A DNA stretch of 64,000 bases. It comes from Daphnia carinata (Eukaryota). Shown piece after piece: positions 36,729 through 49,500 of this stretch. The position numbers and the translations under genes were made by a program. The stretch lies in assembly GCF_022539665.2 (NCBI RefSeq), contig NC_081331.1, forward strand, positions 4,588,001 through 4,652,000. The letters are read 5' to 3'. The notes under the pieces are model-generated. The model saw nothing but the letters and a program-made list of their open reading frames with translations. It searched no databases and was not told where the DNA came from. Every line of letters starts with the position of its first letter. Position 1 is the first letter of the stretch.

Positions 36729-39700
36729 ATGAATTCACTTCCTGATGAAATGCTAGAAAATGTTCTGGCCCATGTAAATGTTGTAGATCTTTTCAAATCA
36801 TGTGTGTTTGTTTGCAAAAAATGGTACAAGATTATCTGTAATCAAAAGGTATGGCTTTAGTGAAATACGAATGAAGAGCACTGTAAGCTGCACTATCCAC
36901 CCTTAATTTCGTTTGTAGTTTGTTAGATGGAAAAAATTATATGCCATTTACTCTGTCCAAAATAGCAAAATTTCAAGAGCAGCTCTGAATGACATTTGCA
37001 TCAGTCAAAATATAACTAGAAAAGAAAACTGCCTCTCAGGCCTGATAAAGTAAGTTTATTGTTTTGAATGTATTTCCTTCAAAATTTCTCACATTTCACA
37101 GTTACCTTACAGGGTCTTGTGATACCCAATGCCTTACTATGAGGTACCTACGGTGCCATCCTCTCTTTAGCCTAGCGGAAAAACTAATAATAGAGCAAGG
37201 GCAAGAATTGTCAGTTTGGAGAGTGACCACAGTGATATGTATAATTGCAAAGGAAGCATGGGAGGTGTACAGCTTATTGAACTTTTTAACTCACGCAAGA
37301 AGTGACTGCACTATAATGGTAAGAAGTGATTCTGTTCAGTTATCCACATCTCTAATTTTTGTTTTTCTGCACAGGAGGCAACTGAAAAATTTTACTGTGT
37401 ATGCACCTTCTTGCTCTACTTCACAAGAGAATTTCAAATTCCAGCAAAGTAAATTAATGCATTTAGAATTCGAAAAAATTATATGTATTTTTTACATTCC
37501 ATGCAGGCTGCATTACAATTTGCGATATGCCCTCAACCTATATGAAACTGGCTGGAGCATCCGTAGCGAGGGAAACCAGTCTGTCCCCGCTTTAACTCCC
37601 GAACAATCACGGATTGTGAATCATCGAATAGAAAGAAACCATGTAGGTTCTTAAGTATTTGAATAACCAAAAAGCTTTTCAAAAATACAAAATATTTTCA
37701 TATGCCTAACATATTTGCTTATACAATAATTCAGTTGATCAAGATTGTTGCATTTGCTGGCAGTGGGAAGACAACTACCCTTCTACGACTTACAGAACGT
37801 GTCTACAAAGAGAACCCCCATTTTAGATTTTTGTTGGTAGTGTACAATCGTGCAGTATCTGATGAAGCTAGCGGGAAATTTCCAAACAACGTCGTTTGCA
37901 GAACCATTCATCAGCTGGCGTATCGCCATATCGTTGGTCAAGGCCTCTTGAAAAAAAAAACAACGGGCAGCATCTTCCCAACAAGTTTGATTGACAGTGG
38001 GATACTTAACGATCGGCGTGGCATGAGACGATATCAACGAGAAAAATTGGTTATTGATACTCTTCATCGCTTCTGGGGATCAGCCGATGATTCAATAACA
38101 GTTGATCACACGCCTGTAAAAGTAACCAACAATGTGTTATCCCAAGATAGTCCAGTCGACCAACCTGTCAGGGAAAATATTCTTTCCGGCGAAGAACGTA
38201 AAGTGAGTGTTAATATTATAATTTATATAACTTGCCACTTTATTTCACCAGAACTTCCTTCCTTGCAGATGTTAGCCGTCGATGCTAAAAAGGTGTGGTC
38301 TGCCTTAAAAAACCCAAACGATGACAGATTGAAATTACCCTGCGATGCCTATCTTAAAATTTGGCAGTTGCAGAAACCCAATTTGTTTGAAAGTGAAGAA
38401 GTTGATTGTGTGATGGTAGACGAGGGGCAAGATATGAGTGGAGCCATGCTTGACATTTTTCTACGTCATCCTGGCCCTCGGATTATCGTCGGTGATCCAC
38501 ACCAGCAAATCTACCGTTGGCGTAAGTATATCTCGAACTCAGATTTTTTTTTTTTTCGTATTGTAAAATAATTATGTAAATATGTGACTATTTTAGGGTA
38601 TGCCGTGAATGCTCTGACTAAAGTTCCTGCTACTCACACATTTTACTTGACGCAGGTAATATTACAGAAGAGTCGCCTATCCGACACAATGGTCTTTAAC
38701 TTTCAATTGCTTTTTTCCTAGTCTTTTCGATTCGGGCCGGAAATAGGTTTTATGGCAAATTCGTGCTTAAGTGTCTTAAATAATGTCAACGACAAGTGCT
38801 TGGTGGGTATAAATGTGCGGGATAGGTTAAACAGTGCCACTCATCCATTGGATATGGCACTCAGAAGTGGTAGACAGTTTTGCTTCCTCGCTAGGACCAA
38901 CTTGACCCTTTTCAAAAAAGCGGTCCAGGTTCTGGGTTGTGACGTTGTTGGTAATTCTCAGAAACCAAAACCGAAAATCGCGTTTGCAGGGGTGAGGATA
39001 CTTTAATACCAACTTGTGTTATACTGGAATAAAAGGCTGACATTGTTTACTTTTAGGGATTAAAAGCTATGAATTTGGATCTGTTGCTCGACATTAATCA
39101 TCTACGACGAGGAGGTAATTTGCATTTTTTAACATTTCGAATTAGCGTATGAGGAATTCCACCGTTTTCCTCTTAGCCTTTGAAAAAATTGTAAGTCCAT
39201 TTCTTCGCAACCGTCGATTGTTTGGCAACTATTCAGCCTTTATCAAATACGTGGAAACAACAATGGACATGGAATGGGGAGCCAGAATTGCCCAAGTGAA
39301 TTGGTCAGGAAGCAACACTGAGAAGTATGTCGAGGCCATCAGAAGTGCTAACGTCCACATTTCCGAAGCAGGTTATACAGAGCTACAGTGCTCAGCATTG
39401 CTAGTTGAATATAAAAAAAATTCGTTATTTTCCTAGATGTGGTTTTTTCTACTGCACACAAGTCCAAAGGAATGGAATGGGACACAGTTGCGTTGCTGGA
39501 CGACTTTGTTCCAACCCTTTTTTGTTGCGAAGTCACGGAAGAAGAGCAGGAGGAGCGTAATTTACTCTACGTGGCTGTTACGCGGGCCAAACGTAACCTT
39601 GTTATCAACCCTGCCTGCTATTACACTCTGTTGGCAGTTGGCGATCGTCAAGAAAGCATAGTTGATACAATCACTTACACCGACATTCATGGTCCGTCTC

Positions 39701-40501
39701 TCACTTGTGCTCGTTGCCATCATATCTTGCCTGGAAAGTGTAAGGCAAGATCAGCCTCGCTCAGTACAACTCCTCTGGTACTTATGACGATAAGGAATCA
39801 GCCAGTATTTGCTACCACTGCAGGTATTTTGTGTGCTGCATGTGCTGGGCTACATTGTTACATGTTCCAAAGGTAAGTTAGTCGCATGATCTGATTTGTC
39901 AATTGTATCGTAATGACATCGTAATGATAGGTACGAGTGTTATGCCCACGAACTGCCCCAACTCCGAGTTAGGGAAGACAGAGGACATCTAACCTTTCGC
40001 TTCCTGGTAGGCCCGTGCGCTGACGAAAATCATTTAGCGGAAGCCTATTATGCAGAGCAGTATGCGTTGATGAAGGATGGCTTCATCAATGCAGGACGTT
40101 TGTTGCAAGGTCCACCTATTGTGGTGAATAATAACAATGCCTTGCAACAGATACACCAAGGTAAGACAAGCCCACGTATCATATTATACAAATGTATTTT
40201 TTCCAACTTAATTAAGAGTTGCAGTCATAGAGGCTGTGGTTGACAACAATTTGGTGCAACCCGTACCACCAAACTTGGATCGACAAGATCTGGTTGTGAA
40301 TGCATTTCCCGATGACGACGACATGTTCCTGGAAGGTAAACAGGAATGCATTGTGTTATGTGTGATCAGTACTTGATTTCAATCCCTTATTTCCATTGTT
40401 TTCATTACGTGTTAGTTGAAGCAGAGCATTTACCGCAACCTGAAATCCCAGACGAGGGCGATGCTCATCGGGATTTATTGATTCATCGCCTTTCCCAATA
40501 A
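36729..40501 (+). CDS. FBH1: F-box DNA helicase 1 (UvrD/SF1A helicase with N-terminal F-box)
   Basis: About 15 exons: 36729-36848, 36919-37049, 37102-37318, 37375-37448, 37507-37642, 37735-38202, 38269-38521, 38597-38655, 38722-38991, 39057-39114, ~39178-39371, 39437-~39871, ~39931-40160, ~40225-40335, ~40416-40501. F-box NSLPDEMLENVLAHV...VCKKW, then WKKLY, LTPEQ, Walker A AFAGSGKTT, VDEGQD, VGDPHQQIY, LTQSFRFGPEI, TAHKSKGMEWD and EERNLLYVAVTRAK. Confidence 0.93.
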
Positions 40502-43500
40502 AATGCAGCATTTTTTGGATTCAACATCAAACTTTTACGGTATCAATTCAAAAATATTTTAATACAAATTTTTTTAAAGAATATGCCGAGTGTCGAGTGT
40601 AGGTGGCCACATCAACGCTTAGTCACGGATGAACGTAGGGACTCTTCACAGGGCCAATGTTGCAATGTTATTTCGCAGCCTCAGTTTTTGTTTGATTGCT
40701 AATCAATACGCTTGCGGTGTTCGTTCCATTACGCTCAAACTGCAACAGCTGACGCGGTGAAAGTTCACCCTTCCAGCTGTACGCTCTTCTTCATCACATG
40801 TGCAGTTCTCTAGAAATAGGAAATTGGACGGTGAACCAGAAGTCATGCACATAAATTCTAGAGCTCCATCTTATTTTGCTTTCGCCATTCCCCGTTCTTC
40901 ACTCTTTCTCAGGTTCGTGGACTCTTTATTTTGTATTATGATATCGAAAGGCGCCAAAGACAGCCTCCGAAGCTACGGATTGATTGGAAGGACGTTGTTG
41001 TTCTGGCACTGATCTAGACTTCAGCTCACAGCAATTGGCATCGCGCTCCCGCCTCCTTTCCCTTTTTTTTCCCTCGGAGCCAAGGTTTTTTTGTTATCAG
41101 TTCTGGCCAAGACGTTTACAAACTGCGTGGTCATCTCCACAGGAAGGAATCACGCGCCACGGAAGCGTACAAGTAAAACAGAAGATTAGTTGTGGTGCTC
41201 GAATTAACTAGGAATCAACAATACGAAACCAGGCTAAGGCCACTTTTAATGAACTAAAAACACAGTCTTAATGACATACCTTCTGCTCAGTGTATCAGAT
41301 GACATCTCACAAGGGAGGGCTGCTGATTCTCGGAAAGCTGTTTCGATTCGTGTGCTGTCTACACACCCTTAAATGAGGGAACGTGTACCAGCTTAACCGT
41401 CACGCAAAAACTGTTTCGCTTCGTCATTCTAAGCGATAGCGGGATCCTACCAGATAAAAGCACGGCTCTAAAAGCGGAAGCGAATTTTGTTGTTGTTATC
41501 GTTCACGTAATACGAAATTCACTGTAATTTCCTTCACTGCTTTTAATTCCTTCTTTGCAATCCTACTTCTCCTGCCTGGTGGAACGCAACAAATCAACAC
41601 TTCGTGGCCTTGTCTGATAGGAAATCTTCCCAGGTTTTCCCTGTATCGCATCGCACGAATTTTGAACGGTGTTTTTAATACCGTGCGCTGTTTTGTGAGT
41701 CAAAGAAGGAGAAGACGTCGTATACAAATAAATCCAACTGAGTGAATAAGCAATCGGCTTAAGTACATGGAGGCATGCAGTTACTTACACTAGCGTTTCG
41801 CCCCTAAAAATGGGTATTTTGCCTATCGTCAAAACGACCCAGCTGGTAAGACGAATGGATGAATATTGGATGATATAATGATACACTTTCAAATAAGCTT
41901 TTTTGTGCAGCACAGGGAAAATTGTGGATGAAGTCAGGGGCAATGTACGACGTAAACCTGTGCCGTCTACCCATTCGTTATTGATTTCTGGAAAGAGGGA
42001 AATGCGTTATTGAATAGGTATGTATATGTTCTTGTTTAATACTGCACCGTTGGCGCTATACTAGTCTCTTTGTTCAATGGAAAAACAGATTGCTATTGGA
42101 TGGTTCACCTTCTCAGGCATGGATACATGACCATATGATATACGTGTTCGTAAGTGATTGATTCATCCGGTATTCCTCCATTGGGTGGGATTGGTTTTGT
42201 TATCCGAATCTATTGAAAACACACAGTACAAGAACTGAAAAGGGAGATCCCCTATGGCGCGGGAGTCGCACTATTAGTCGATTACATGGAATTTCGTGTG
42301 GGCGAAATATTTCTGCGGTGGAAATATCATCGAAACTGTTTAGTTTCAAATTTAAATAGCAGATACAGGTAGGTCTTGTTAAAGTAGACCTGTTTGTCGA
42401 CCCACCTAGATTCGCGACATGCGTTTACCTTGTACTGCCCAAGGAGATAAGAAAAAGGAAAAAAGGTGATGCAACGAGAACAAAAGACAAGAACAAAAAA
42501 TCAGAGGAGACAATGGTGAAAAAAAAAGAGGTCACCATGTCTCCCTTGTTTTGTTTTTTTAGCTTACCATTCAAAGTCATTCGTCCGACCTACGTGTGAT
42601 GGACGCGTTCAAGGTTGGCTGTCATCCTTTTCATTCTCATTTGTTCTTTCTGTTTCCCTGTTTGATTTAAGCCGATTGTAGCATTTAAGTTGTTTTTTTC
42701 CTGCTTGCACATTTATATCGTCACGTCACGAGTATAGGTCTACGTTATGGTGAATGTGGCGTGACAAGCACAATCTCAACCATCGCCATCAGAAGCCATC
42801 AGCTATCGTATCTTCTGTTACCAACGGCGACAAAAAAGTTCCTTAAAAGGGACCGCTCCCCATTCTTTTCTTCCATTTCTTTCCTCTCTACTTTTAGTCT
42901 TTTTTAATGCTTGCCTCTTATTTTATGATATACATCGAAAACAAAGCGGCAGTTCTATTTCACCATTTATTTATTTACGATTATTCAGTGTTTCCCACTT
43001 CACGTGATTTTCGATTTTATTTTTTGTCGATTGAAATGTTCTGTTTTTCTTAATTCCTATTTTGTTTAGCAGAACTATGTGCACTGGCTAGGTTGCCTTG
43101 TTAGATTTGGGGTATTTTTGAGTGATGACGAATCGGGAGCCTTGTGTGTCAATGATGTACGACTAAAACTTGTTGAAGTTTGTTTTTCGGTTTGGAACTT
43201 TAATGCGACAATGGCCGGTTTTGTACACCGTTTTTCAAGATTGAGAGTTGCAGCTGTGTAAGAACAAAAGATTATCTAACAACGATAGAGAGGCAAAAGG
43301 CAAAGAATATATAGTAGTGCTTCTGAAAGAGAAACACATCCAATCAGATAGCTTTGCCCGCTTATGGTCTTATAGATTTTGGTATGCAAGAGTTGTCTTC
43401 TACCGTACGAAACCATTCTACCGTATAGTGAAAGATGTCCGGACGGCCCAAAGATTGTCATACTGATCGTCTCTCCTCTTGCCACTTTTCTTTTTTATTT

Positions 43501-46500
43501 TGGAGGGTGGAAGATTGTTTTCATTATTTTTTTTTTCTCTCTTTTGCATTTACAGATTACCCTAAATGGTCCTATACAATATTCATTGCTTAGATTGTTT
43601 CGGATTGAATTAATAATACGCATTCTTTCAAGCGAAGGTTCTTATTCGTACTTAGCAGTTGGATGGATAGTAATGAACAACAATCCATCAAAATCAGCTC
43701 AAAGTAGCAGGTACAAAAAAAAAAGGAAATTAAAGAAAAAAAAAGCTTCAACAGAAGTTTCATGGTTTCTCAGTTGCAGCAGCTTGCGCTGATCCACTCT
43801 ACGATTTATTTAGATTAGAATCAAAGCAAAATGGCTCACCGCACCATATATGTATACTGTAGTGTACATAGCAATCTTTTAGACACAAAGCAAATCGGAT
43901 TAGGGCCGAGTAGCTGGAAGCCTTTACACACTGGTAGCAAGTCGTATACGGTATATGTACATGCAAGAGAATAAAAAAAAACATTTACTTGCCAACAAGA
44001 ATGGAATCCCGTCATTTCTCATTTTTTTATGGGAGAAATCGCACACTGGTTATATACTACCCGTCACTCTCAACCGGAAACCTGCACCGCGATCCGTGTA
44101 TAAGCTTTCCAGTTTGAGTTTGAGTTCCTTACTCATGGGTAAACGAGCTTTCGCCTCACACACAATTTCTACCTCCGGTAAAAAGAGTCGCAGGTAATTC
44201 GCACTCTTGAGCTAATACATAAAGTCATCCGGCTGGTTCCCCCTGAAAAAAAAAACGTTCATCGTATCATTCATCGACTAGCATAACATAGACAACATGC
44301 AGCCGAATTGCTAATGCTAGCAGTGGATGTCAGTCGAGAGTTATACATCTCCGAAGATCCACGTGTTTGTGTGTGTGTGTGTGGGCCAAGTTTATCCACA
44401 AACTCCAGGTAAACTCTTAACTAATATTCTTTGTTGTGGCTTTCTCTCTGGTCACATACTATCTTTTTAGTCTGTTGAGTTGTTTGTTATTTCTTTTTTT
44501 TTTTTTCTCTACCCTTTTTTTTTTTATCCATAGTCTCCATAAGGATGTTGGCTAAAAACACGCCCACCTAAAACAGGTAACGTAGCCCGGAGTCAAACAA
44601 ACCAGTATAGGCTTTCAATCTCTACCTCTCTTTTGCTGTTTCTTTTTTTTTTCATTCTTTTCCTCGCTCGTTTTGTCCATTGCAAAGAGTCCCCCCCCTT
44701 TTGCCGACTTTTTTTTTTGCTTTCTGTGTCATTATTTTCGTGGGTGTGTATATAAAGCTCTGTTAGAAGCCGAACTGAGCGGATCGACTCTCTCGTTGTG
44801 GATGGCAGCGGGAGCCATAGTTTCTACTGTCGTTCTGTAAACAAACGCGTTTGGAGACAAAGTTTTGTTCTTTCTTGCAAGTCGTTCTTTTTAAGCAAAT
44901 CGTCGACTCTTCAAGAATTAAAGAAGAAACATAAAACAGCCATTAACCTACCCAGGGGCTTTTGTGTGCTGCTTTAGTCTTTTGTCACTGATGCTATCTG
45001 TTGCATTTTTCCCCCTCTGCCATACTGTCTGGCCAATCAAGGCAGCAACTCTAAGTCTGGATTACAGCATTTGGCTGCTTATTCACAAGAGAAAAAGCCA
45101 GACAATTCTTTAGAAATTGGGCTTGAATACAAGCAGCTCACAAGTCCAAATGGGCAATCGATAGCTTAGTGGCGGTGTGTGCGTTTGTGTGATTCAACCG
45201 CCGGGGTAGGCGGTTTTCGACTAAACATTAAAACATTTCTAGTGGAAGTCGCCCTTATTTTGTTTGCGGGAACGTGACACGGCACAGAACACATTTCGCC
45301 TTTAGGCTGCCAGCGCCATGGTCGAAACTATTTAACCCGTGTCCGTTACAGTTGCGTATGTTGTATTGCTGCAGTGTGGTCGCATGACTGATTGTCGTTT
45401 TTTGTGTAGGACAAGTTGACTGACTATCGGAAAGATTTACAATCCCGACGCATCCATTTGTATACGAATGTGCATTGACCGATCGTAAGTGTTATCCAAG
45501 TGAACAGATTGAGTTGCCCACACTCTTTTTCGTTGTGAACCAACGATATCGGCACTCGTGAAGAAGCAAGAATATCTTTATTGTGCCAATCGGGAGCGTT
45601 CGCTTCTTCGATAAAAACGATCGTGCGGAAAGGAAATCCTGCAAACGTATACCACCCACGTTTGTGAACGACTTGCTCGATATTCTCCTGGTGCTCGTCG
45701 GTTGTTTTTAACAACGTACTGCTTCCTCGGTAAGTCGAATCACATTTTTGTTTAAAGTTGCATGTTCGTAAGAGTGCTGTGTTCCTTTTGTGCAAATGAT
45801 GAGGGAAACTTGAGGGGTTAAAGAGTATAGTTGGTTAATCATGCAGGTAATGATCGTGTACGTTACATAAAGGATTCACCATTTAAGTCTTTGAAAGATT
45901 GGTTAGCATCGAAAGCTGGAAAAACTTGTTAAAACTGAATTCTTTTAAGCATATGCAAAAGCTATTTGCATGATTACGATCGTCTTTCTTTTTAAAACTT
46001 ACAGACAGGTGCGGTCCTTCTTTGTTTTTCGTTTCTATTATAGAATAAATAATAATCTTTCAGCCCGTGTGCTGTATGCAAAGAGTTTTCACATAGACGC
46101 AACAACCGATGGTATGTACTGATTACCCGATCAATATTTACCATAGATGACGTAACACGAACTATAGTAGACGTGTCTATCTTTCATCTACATGTGTATC
46201 GAGAAGTAATTTCCAGCGTCCATCTTGATTATCGGCTTTTTTAGCAATAGCGAAAAACTAAAGTCGTATACTATCGGTTAATAGCTCCGAGCTGCTCCTG
46301 CAGACCATACTGGGCACTGTTTTATGATTTTGTCGATTTCCTCCATTCACGTCTGTCTTGCAATTTTACCGTTTGTCTAGCATAAGTCACTAGAGTTTCT
46401 TTTTTAGAAATCGCCGTCGAACCATTCACATAATTTTTGGTTCTTCATTATCGTCAAGTAAAGAAGAAAAACGAATTTCTTTATTGACACTAATGAGCAA

Positions 46501-49500
46501 GTTCTTTATTCATCCATTGTCTGTCTGTTTAAATGGAAATTCGAATACAATCGTTTGCCGTCAGTTTTACTTGACTGAGGGGTCGATTCGTATTTGACAT
46601 CACATTAGATTTTACATGTAAAACTCAATTTCGTCGAATTGAATAGACAATGTGGTGCGCTTTTGCAACATCGCTAGGAACAGGAAGTTATGGGAACTCC
46701 CACAAATGGCTCATGTCACCTTGATGGTCCCGTTTTTTTTTCTCTTTGACCTCCAACTCCCCACGTCTCAGCGTAAAAGCCAAAAATGGCAATTTAAACT
46801 GACAGAATGTTGATGAATTTTTGCTTTTCTTCTTCCTCCTTTTTTTCTTTTTGCCTACATCGTTAAAGCGGGAAGCGCACTAAGCCCGTCATGGAACGTA
46901 CCACGGACCATTTGACGGGCACACGGGGGCCTTAGCGGACTCGCTGCATGAATTGAGTAACCATTTTTGGCTGGACGTAGTAGAATTTTGGAATTTCCCA
47001 TGATTGTAGACCGATGTTTTGTGATGGCCATCTTGCCTAGTTTGCTCAGCTTCAAGGCGTTGAAATGTTCAATAATCATAAAACCAGTTAGTTGATAATT
47101 TTGATTCGATTGAAAATTGGTGGATAGTACTCGATGACCCTTGTGTCGGTGGATCATATTTATTACCGTGTGTTTCACTTGGCCATGGACGATCTCCGCA
47201 TGTTATCCAATAACTTACACACTCCCCCCCAAACAGTATGGGACAGCTTCTTGTTGTTGCTGCTGCGTGCGAATATCATTTTTGGCAAAGAAAATGAGGC
47301 ATCGGCCGATTTTCTTGAGCGGACGGGCATTAGTCATCCCCACCGAGCTCTTGTGATAAGATCTTTTATTTATTTACTTTTAAAGCCATTTCTTTTCTGC
47401 TGTGTCTCTGGCGCATTTTTTTTTCCCTGTGTGGAGGCAAGCCGTTTTTGTTTTTCATTGTTTTATTTTCAGCTGGTCTTGTCGGCCTCGATGCAAACGG
47501 CCAATGTTGTTTGGTTTTTCTTTTTTTTTTTTTCCTTTCTTATGTTTGGCATCGGCTCATCTGGTACCGTATCCAACCTTCTCCCTCTCTTCTATATACC
47601 TCATGTCCGTGTAGGTAAAACACGACCAGACGGATCTGCTATACAGAGACATGCGATGCGTGACGAGTGGCTGCTGATTTTGGCGGGTCCTTGAGATCTA
47701 GCTTTTTCTCTTTCGGGAGTTCTCCATTAGTGTGTAGACATTTCTTTTTTTTTTCCTTTTTCATCCCGGGCTCAACAGGAGTTAAAGATCCTACATATAG
47801 ACAACGTAGTAGGGCCATCTGGCAGCGCGGTACGGTGTAAGTGAGGTATCAAAGAAAGAACTAAAGAGCCTTGTATTTACTGTCTTGTCTTATTCTTACG
47901 TGCCGCCTTCGCTTTTTTATTAATGTGATTACACTTGGAGCGTCGCCCGAGTGCGTTATTGAACTACTCATATTTATATGACCATGATATGCGGCGAGAT
48001 GGTGTGAAGCGCGTCACACCCGGTACGAACGAACACGGAACTCGGCGAAGATTATCCCGGAAGGTGAAGAAGTGTGCTCTTGCCTCTGATGCGGTTAAGA
48101 TTTCTCGTTTTACCGTCAAAGCCGAAAAAAATTTCTCAAAAAAGATAGAAGAAAAGAAAAATAATCTAAAAACGAAACGCCTTATTAGGTTAGTCCAGGT
48201 AACCTTCCATCGGAGTCTGCCTTGCCGGTCCGTATCGTTTCAAAGCCAACTGGCTAACAACTAAAGAAGAGATAACCATCTTTTTTTTTTTATATTTCAG
48301 CTATTTTTTGGGGGTTTTTTCCATATCTTTGGCTTCTCATTCTTTCTCCATAGTGATAGAAGAAGGCGCGTTCAATTTAAAGATATTTCAATGGGCTAGG
48401 TGTGTTTTGTTTTTGAATACGATCCTCTGTGCGATTCTGATTGAAGCGGCTCGTTTAACTATTAGTATCTCACTCCCGAAAAGCGCGAAAGAGGAAAAAG
48501 AGAAATCAGAGACCCACCATTCAAACTCGGAAAGAAAAAAAAATTGAGGAGTAGAACGACAGTGCCATAACGAAACCCGCCCGTCCATTTTTGTTTTCCT
48601 ATAAAAGGGACGTCAAAGCCAACAGTCATGAAACAGTCAAAAACAACACGGTATACAAAGTGTGGGGTACAGCGTACTCGTACTGAGCATAACTTATATA
48701 TATCTAAGCAACGCCATAAGTGTCGGCCGGAGTTGGTTGCTTGCCCGTCTTATGGCGTGCGAGACGGTAGGAGGTAAAGCAGTAGGAAAGGTCCATCATT
48801 TTTACATCGATTTTGGCTCTAGTCTTTTCACAGAAAAAAAAACTAATTTCATTCTATACTTCAACGTCCTGGTTGATGTTCGAGCCGGCGGCTGCGTGAG
48901 GGCCATTAGCTTCCAAAATCCACCCAAACGTAAGCCCTTCAAAAACTGTTGAGCATATAACTAGAAAAAAAAAAATTTTTGACACCGTATATAGACAATG
49001 TTATTGTTATTTCCTTAATGATTAAAGTTGAGCACGGACTTTATAGAAATAGAGCCCTCTAAAATACAACAATGGACGAAACTCTCTAAGACTTGCTTTG
49101 GAAAATCCCCGTTCATTTTGCCAAGTGAAATAGAGAGCTTTAAAAAAATTCCTTATTCGGGTTTGGGGTGCTAGGTCATCGTGCTTAATTATCATCCACT
49201 CTCCTCTGGATCTAATTTCTTATTTTCATTTTTGTTTTTCTATCCCATCAGCCTAGCTATATAGCTAGCTGTCTATTGTCTTTCAATTTCATCCTTGTTT
49301 GGTGCGGCTCAATGCTGCCACCAGATTGTGAGCGGCTCGTTGACTCATCATCATCGCAGGTGCTTTTCTTTTTACCTTATTCTCGTTACCTTTATATTCT
49401 TCCACGTCCTCTCGTGACGCTCTCTATTCATACGCGTGTTCGTGTTTCTTTTTTTTTTTTGTTTTTCTCCTCTTCTTTTTTTGGCCAGTTACCTTAAAGA

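Noticed and set aside
47134..47694. 186-aa Phe/Leu-rich ORF resembling a membrane protein
   Set aside because: Composition is driven by poly-T tracts; non-ATG or uncertain start and no family motifs.
49253..49268. 16-bp perfect palindrome CTAGCTATATAGCTAG (and a similar near-palindrome at ~55101-55123)
   Set aside because: Low-complexity AT-rich palindromes without TSD, TIR or other context; plausible by chance.
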